Below, piece by piece: positions 5,816 to 8,190 of a stretch of DNA of 8,190 bases. Each line of letters begins with the position of its first letter. Position 1 is the stretch's first letter. The translations under genes and the position numbers were made by a program. The stretch is taken from the IMG/VR virus record IMGVR_UViG_2609459797_000006, one strand, 5' to 3'. The notes under the pieces were generated by a model. It was not told the origin of the DNA and did not search any database. It saw nothing but the letters and a program-made list of their open reading frames with translations. This DNA is from a virus. Taxonomy: Duplodnaviria; Heunggongvirae; Uroviricota; Caudoviricetes.

Positions 5816-7035
5816 TATTCAGCCTTATTCAACAAAACAATGTTAGTGAATCCACCTGATAAAATATCAAGTCTGTCATACCATTTATTCAACGCATCCA
5901 GTTTCTCAGGCAAGTACAGACTACGGTTATAAATCGCCATGACTCCCGGCATTGAGTGCCCCAGCAACTGTTCGACAACGTGTGGTGCTATACCCATATT
6001 ATTCATATGCGTTGCTAAAGTTCGTCTTAGATCGTGCAGTGTCCATGGTTCAGAATGCCCTAGCTTTTTATAAACGCCGCGGCCCCACTGACTTACCGCT
6101 TCACTGCCTTTAACCGACCCAAGCAAAAGGCCGGATCGTTTCGTTTCATCATGCAGTATTTCAATGAATTTGCGCATGGCATCCGGCACAGGTCTTACAA
6201 TCTTCTCGCCACCCTTGCTGTGCTCTTTGGGAACTGTCCAGACCCAGGCATCCATATCCCATTCACTCCACTCTGATAGCCTGGCCTCCTGCGTTCGGCA
6301 CCCAAACACTATTAAGATTGTCAGTAGCCTGGTGTAGTAAGGCATGAAGCAAGTGCCAGAGGAAATGGCAGCCCATAAATCGCCAGCCTCTTTATCGTTT
6401 AATACCCGGTCTTTTTTTGCCTGTTTTTTACCGACATCTGGAATTGTTAAATCTTCAAGCGCGGTACTCACAGCATAGCGACGAACCCGGCAGAATTTCA
6501 GGGCTTGTTTGCACATCTGGAACACATAACCTGCGGCGACTGGAGTTTTCTTTTTCATCCTGTCAAAGCAGTCAAGCCAGTATCGTGTTTCACAGTCAGC
6601 GAGCGCCATTTTCCCTATATAAGGATAAATGTGTTTTCGCAGCTCCGCTTTGTGCCGTTCAACATTCGCGCGGTTCTCTTCTGCATATTCGCGTATCCAG
6701 TATTCTATAGCTTCCTTAACAGTGACCGGTTTAAGGGTTTCCTGAGTAGTCAACGCCAACTGGTGCTTTGGATCTTTACCTGAGGCCAGCCACTGGCGGC
6801 ATTTATCACGCGATGAACGGGCTTCTTTGAGGCTCATATCCGGGTATCGTCCCAGAGTCAGACGATGCAGCTTCTGCCCGTCAAGTCGGTAAGTAAACAC
6901 CCAGCTAATACCACCAGCTTTAGTTACCTTGGCGCTCAGCCCGGCACCATCAGCATAGAACTCAATCTTACTGGCCGGGATACCATGTAATCCCTTTAAC
7001 TTCCTGTCGCTCAGTTTGTTAAGTTCCCCAGCCAT
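5815..7035 (-). CDS. int: P4-type tyrosine integrase (site-specific recombinase), 406 aa
   Basis: N-terminal segment (SDRKLKGL...KIEFYADGAGLSAKVTKAGGISWVFTYRLDGQKLHRLTLGRYPDMSLKEAR) matches the P4-integrase arm-binding domain pattern. C-terminal region carries HDLRRT (His-x-x-Arg) and GHSMPGVMAIYNRS (catalytic Tyr). ATG at 7033-7035. Confidence 0.9.
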   Translation of the reverse strand: MAGELNKLSDRKLKGLHGIPASKIEFYADGAGLSAKVTKAGGISWVFTYRLDGQKLHRLTLGRYPDMSLKEARSSRDKCRQWLASGKDPKHQLALTTQETLKPVTVKEAIEYWIREYAEENRANVERHKAELRKHIYPYIGKMALADCETRYWLDCFDRMKKKTPVAAGYVFQMCKQALKFCRVRRYAVSTALEDLTIPDVGKKQAKKDRVLNDKEAGDLWAAISSGTCFMPYYTRLLTILIVFGCRTQEARLSEWSEWDMDAWVWTVPKEHSKGGEKIVRPVPDAMRKFIEILHDETKRSGLLLGSVKGSEAVSQWGRGVYKKLGHSEPWTLHDLRRTLATHMNNMGIAPHVVEQLLGHSMPGVMAIYNRSLYLPEKLDALNKWYDRLDILSGGFTNIVLLNKAE

Positions 7036-7053
7036 AGACCACCCAGCCCAAAG

Positions 7054-7142
7054 TGTTTATACAAATGTTTATACAGAATTGCTTGCATAATAGCATAAAC
7101 AAAGAAAAACACTGGAACAATATACAGGCATGAATTTATACA
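7054..7142. promoter_or_regulatory. Integrase upstream region with direct repeats TGTTTATACA (7054-7063, 7066-7075) plus TATACAG (7121-7127) and TTTATACA (7135-7142); candidate int promoter elements and/or arm-type Int-binding sites
   Basis: Repeats seen directly. On the minus strand they read TGTATAAAC, resembling extended -10 elements 20-40 bp upstream of the int start. Their position between int and the element end is where P4-type arm sites are expected. Function inferred. Confidence 0.4.
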
Positions 7143-7205
7143 ACGCATTGATTATTATATGAATATTAAAATCATCTAAAAGCATGAAAACAGCTAATAT
7201 GACAG

Positions 7206-7220
7206 TACGGCATGAACTAA
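7206..7220 (+). other. fis: Displaced 3' end of fis (TACGGCATGAACTAA = Y-G-M-N-stop) marking the element/chromosome junction (att core region)
   Basis: The 15-mer encodes the Fis C-terminus and is followed by the native fis terminator and yhdJ. Immediately upstream the frame hits an in-frame TGA (7200-7202) and unrelated AT-rich sequence, so homology to fis stops here. Recalled fis/yhdJ locus, not searched. Confidence 0.5.
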
Positions 7221-7249
7221 TTCAGGTTAGCTAAATGCTTGATTAAAAA

Positions 7250-7281
7250 GGCGCTACTCGGCATGGGGAAGCGCCTTTTTT
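7250..7281 (+). terminator. Rho-independent terminator (GGCGCT...AGCGCC stem followed by TTTTTT), the fis terminator
   Basis: Stem GGCGCT 7250-7255 / AGCGCC 7270-7275 and T6 run 7276-7281, seen directly. Position matches the fis-yhdJ intergenic terminator as recalled. Confidence 0.7.
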
Positions 7282-7305
7282 ATAGGTGTCACAAAGGGAG
7301 TGACC

Positions 7306-8190
7306 ATGAGAACAGGATGTGAACCGACCCGGTTTGGTAATGAAGCTAAGACCATTATTCACGGTGATGCCCTTGCCGAACTTAAAAAGCTACCTACTGA
7401 AAGCGTCGATCTGATCTTTGCCGACCCACCGTATAACATCGGTAAAAATTTTGATGGTCTGATCGAAGCCTGGAAAGAAGATCTGTTTATCGACTGGCTG
7501 TTTGAAGTGATTGCAGAGTGCCACCGCGTTCTGAAAAAGCAGGGCAGCATGTACATTATGAACAGTACGGAAAACATGCCCTTTATCGATCTCCAGTGCC
7601 GCAAGCTTTTTACCATCAAAAGTCGCATCGTCTGGTCATATGACAGTTCTGGAGTACAGGCGAAAAAACACTACGGCTCCATGTACGAACCCATCCTGAT
7701 GATGGTGAAAGACGCAAAGAACTACACATTCAACGGTGATGCTATTCTGGTAGAAGCCAAAACCGGATCGCAGCGCGCGTTGATCGATTATCGCAAAAAT
7801 CCTCCACAGCCATACAATCATCAAAAAGTACCGGGTAACGTCTGGGATTTTCCGCGCGTGCGTTATTTAATGGATGAATATGAGAACCACCCGACGCAAA
7901 AACCGGAAGCCTTACTGAAACGCATTATTCTCGCCTCTTCCAACCCAGGCGATATCGTTCTCGACCCGTTTGCCGGTAGCTTTACTACCGGTGCCGTAGC
8001 CATCGCCAGCGGACGAAAATTCATTGGTATTGAGATCAACAGCGAGTACATCAAAATGGGGCTTCGACGGCTGGATGTCGCGTCGCATTACTCCGCGGAA
8101 GAACTGGCGAAAGTGAAAAAAAGAAAGACGGGCAACCGGTCAAAACGATGCCGGGTTAGCGAAGTTGACCCCGATCTCATTGCAAAGTAA
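7306..8190 (+). CDS. yhdJ: DNA adenine (N6) methyltransferase YhdJ, 294 aa
   Basis: Sequence MRTGCEPTRFGNEAKTIIHGDALAELKK...DLIFADPPYNIGKNF...LDPFAGSFTTG recognised as E. coli YhdJ, with DPPY catalytic motif and SAM-binding motif in beta-class order. ATG at 7306 with AGGGAG Shine-Dalgarno preferred over the GTG at 7300 listed in the ORF track; TAA at 8188-8190. Confidence 0.85.
   Translation: MRTGCEPTRFGNEAKTIIHGDALAELKKLPTESVDLIFADPPYNIGKNFDGLIEAWKEDLFIDWLFEVIAECHRVLKKQGSMYIMNSTENMPFIDLQCRKLFTIKSRIVWSYDSSGVQAKKHYGSMYEPILMMVKDAKNYTFNGDAILVEAKTGSQRALIDYRKNPPQPYNHQKVPGNVWDFPRVRYLMDEYENHPTQKPEALLKRIILASSNPGDIVLDPFAGSFTTGAVAIASGRKFIGIEINSEYIKMGLRRLDVASHYSAEELAKVKKRKTGNRSKRCRVSEVDPDLIAK

Larger units (their letters stand above)
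253..7205. mobile_element. P4-like integrative element (satellite-phage / PICI-like), partial: integrase-proximal end at ~7205, left boundary not visible (IS1 abuts at 252)
   Basis: Contiguous block of P4-type tyrosine integrase, AlpA/Vis-like regulator, alpha-type SF3 helicase/primase gene and TGTTCACC-type iterons, ending where the sequence switches to fis 3' end / fis terminator / yhdJ. Gene content inferred from protein motifs; boundaries inferred. Confidence 0.6.

Noticed and set aside
6417-6783. Plus-strand ORFs within the integrase gene
   Set aside because: Antisense to a confidently identified integrase; no supporting signals.
7036-7300. tRNA gene as the integration target next to the integrase
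   Set aside because: No tRNA-like sequence is visible; the flanking sequence instead matches the fis 3' end, fis terminator and yhdJ.
7359-8054. Minus-strand ORFs within yhdJ
   Set aside because: Antisense to the methyltransferase gene; no supporting signals.
7300-8190. GTG start at 7300 for the methyltransferase (296 aa)
   Set aside because: The ATG at 7306 sits at proper spacing from the AGGGAG Shine-Dalgarno and gives the 294-aa length I recall for YhdJ.

Overview
This window appears to cover one end of a P4-like (satellite-phage / PICI-like) integrative element inserted at the 3' end of fis, immediately upstream of yhdJ, in an Escherichia-type chromosome. All identifications are from reading the sequence and from memory of protein families; no searches were run. 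Left to right: the last ~250 bp of an IS1 copy (insB C-terminus and terminal repeat ending at 252); a cluster of GGTGAACA/TGTTCACC iteron-like repeats (279-380); a 589-aa P4 alpha-type helicase/primase-family gene on the minus strand with Walker A GPGGSGKS (390-2159); four small overlapping, translationally coupled ORFs upstream of it (2143-2911, minus); a divergent 57-aa ribbon-helix-helix-like gene (3051-3224, plus) whose start is embedded in nested palindromes; a structured ~350-bp non-coding region ending in a plus-strand terminator; a 230-aa unknown gene and an AlpA/Vis-like regulator (3577-4574, minus); a 200-bp array of twenty phased 10-bp tandem repeats followed by very AT-rich DNA (4831-5164); an AT-rich 216-aa unknown gene translationally coupled to a P4-type tyrosine integrase (5165-7035, minus); the element/chromosome junction retaining 15 nt of the fis 3' end (7206-7220); the fis terminator; and the yhdJ adenine methyltransferase gene (7306-8190, plus). 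The most novel-looking content is the phased repeat array, the int-coupled AT-rich gene and the small-ORF operon, none of which I can assign a function.
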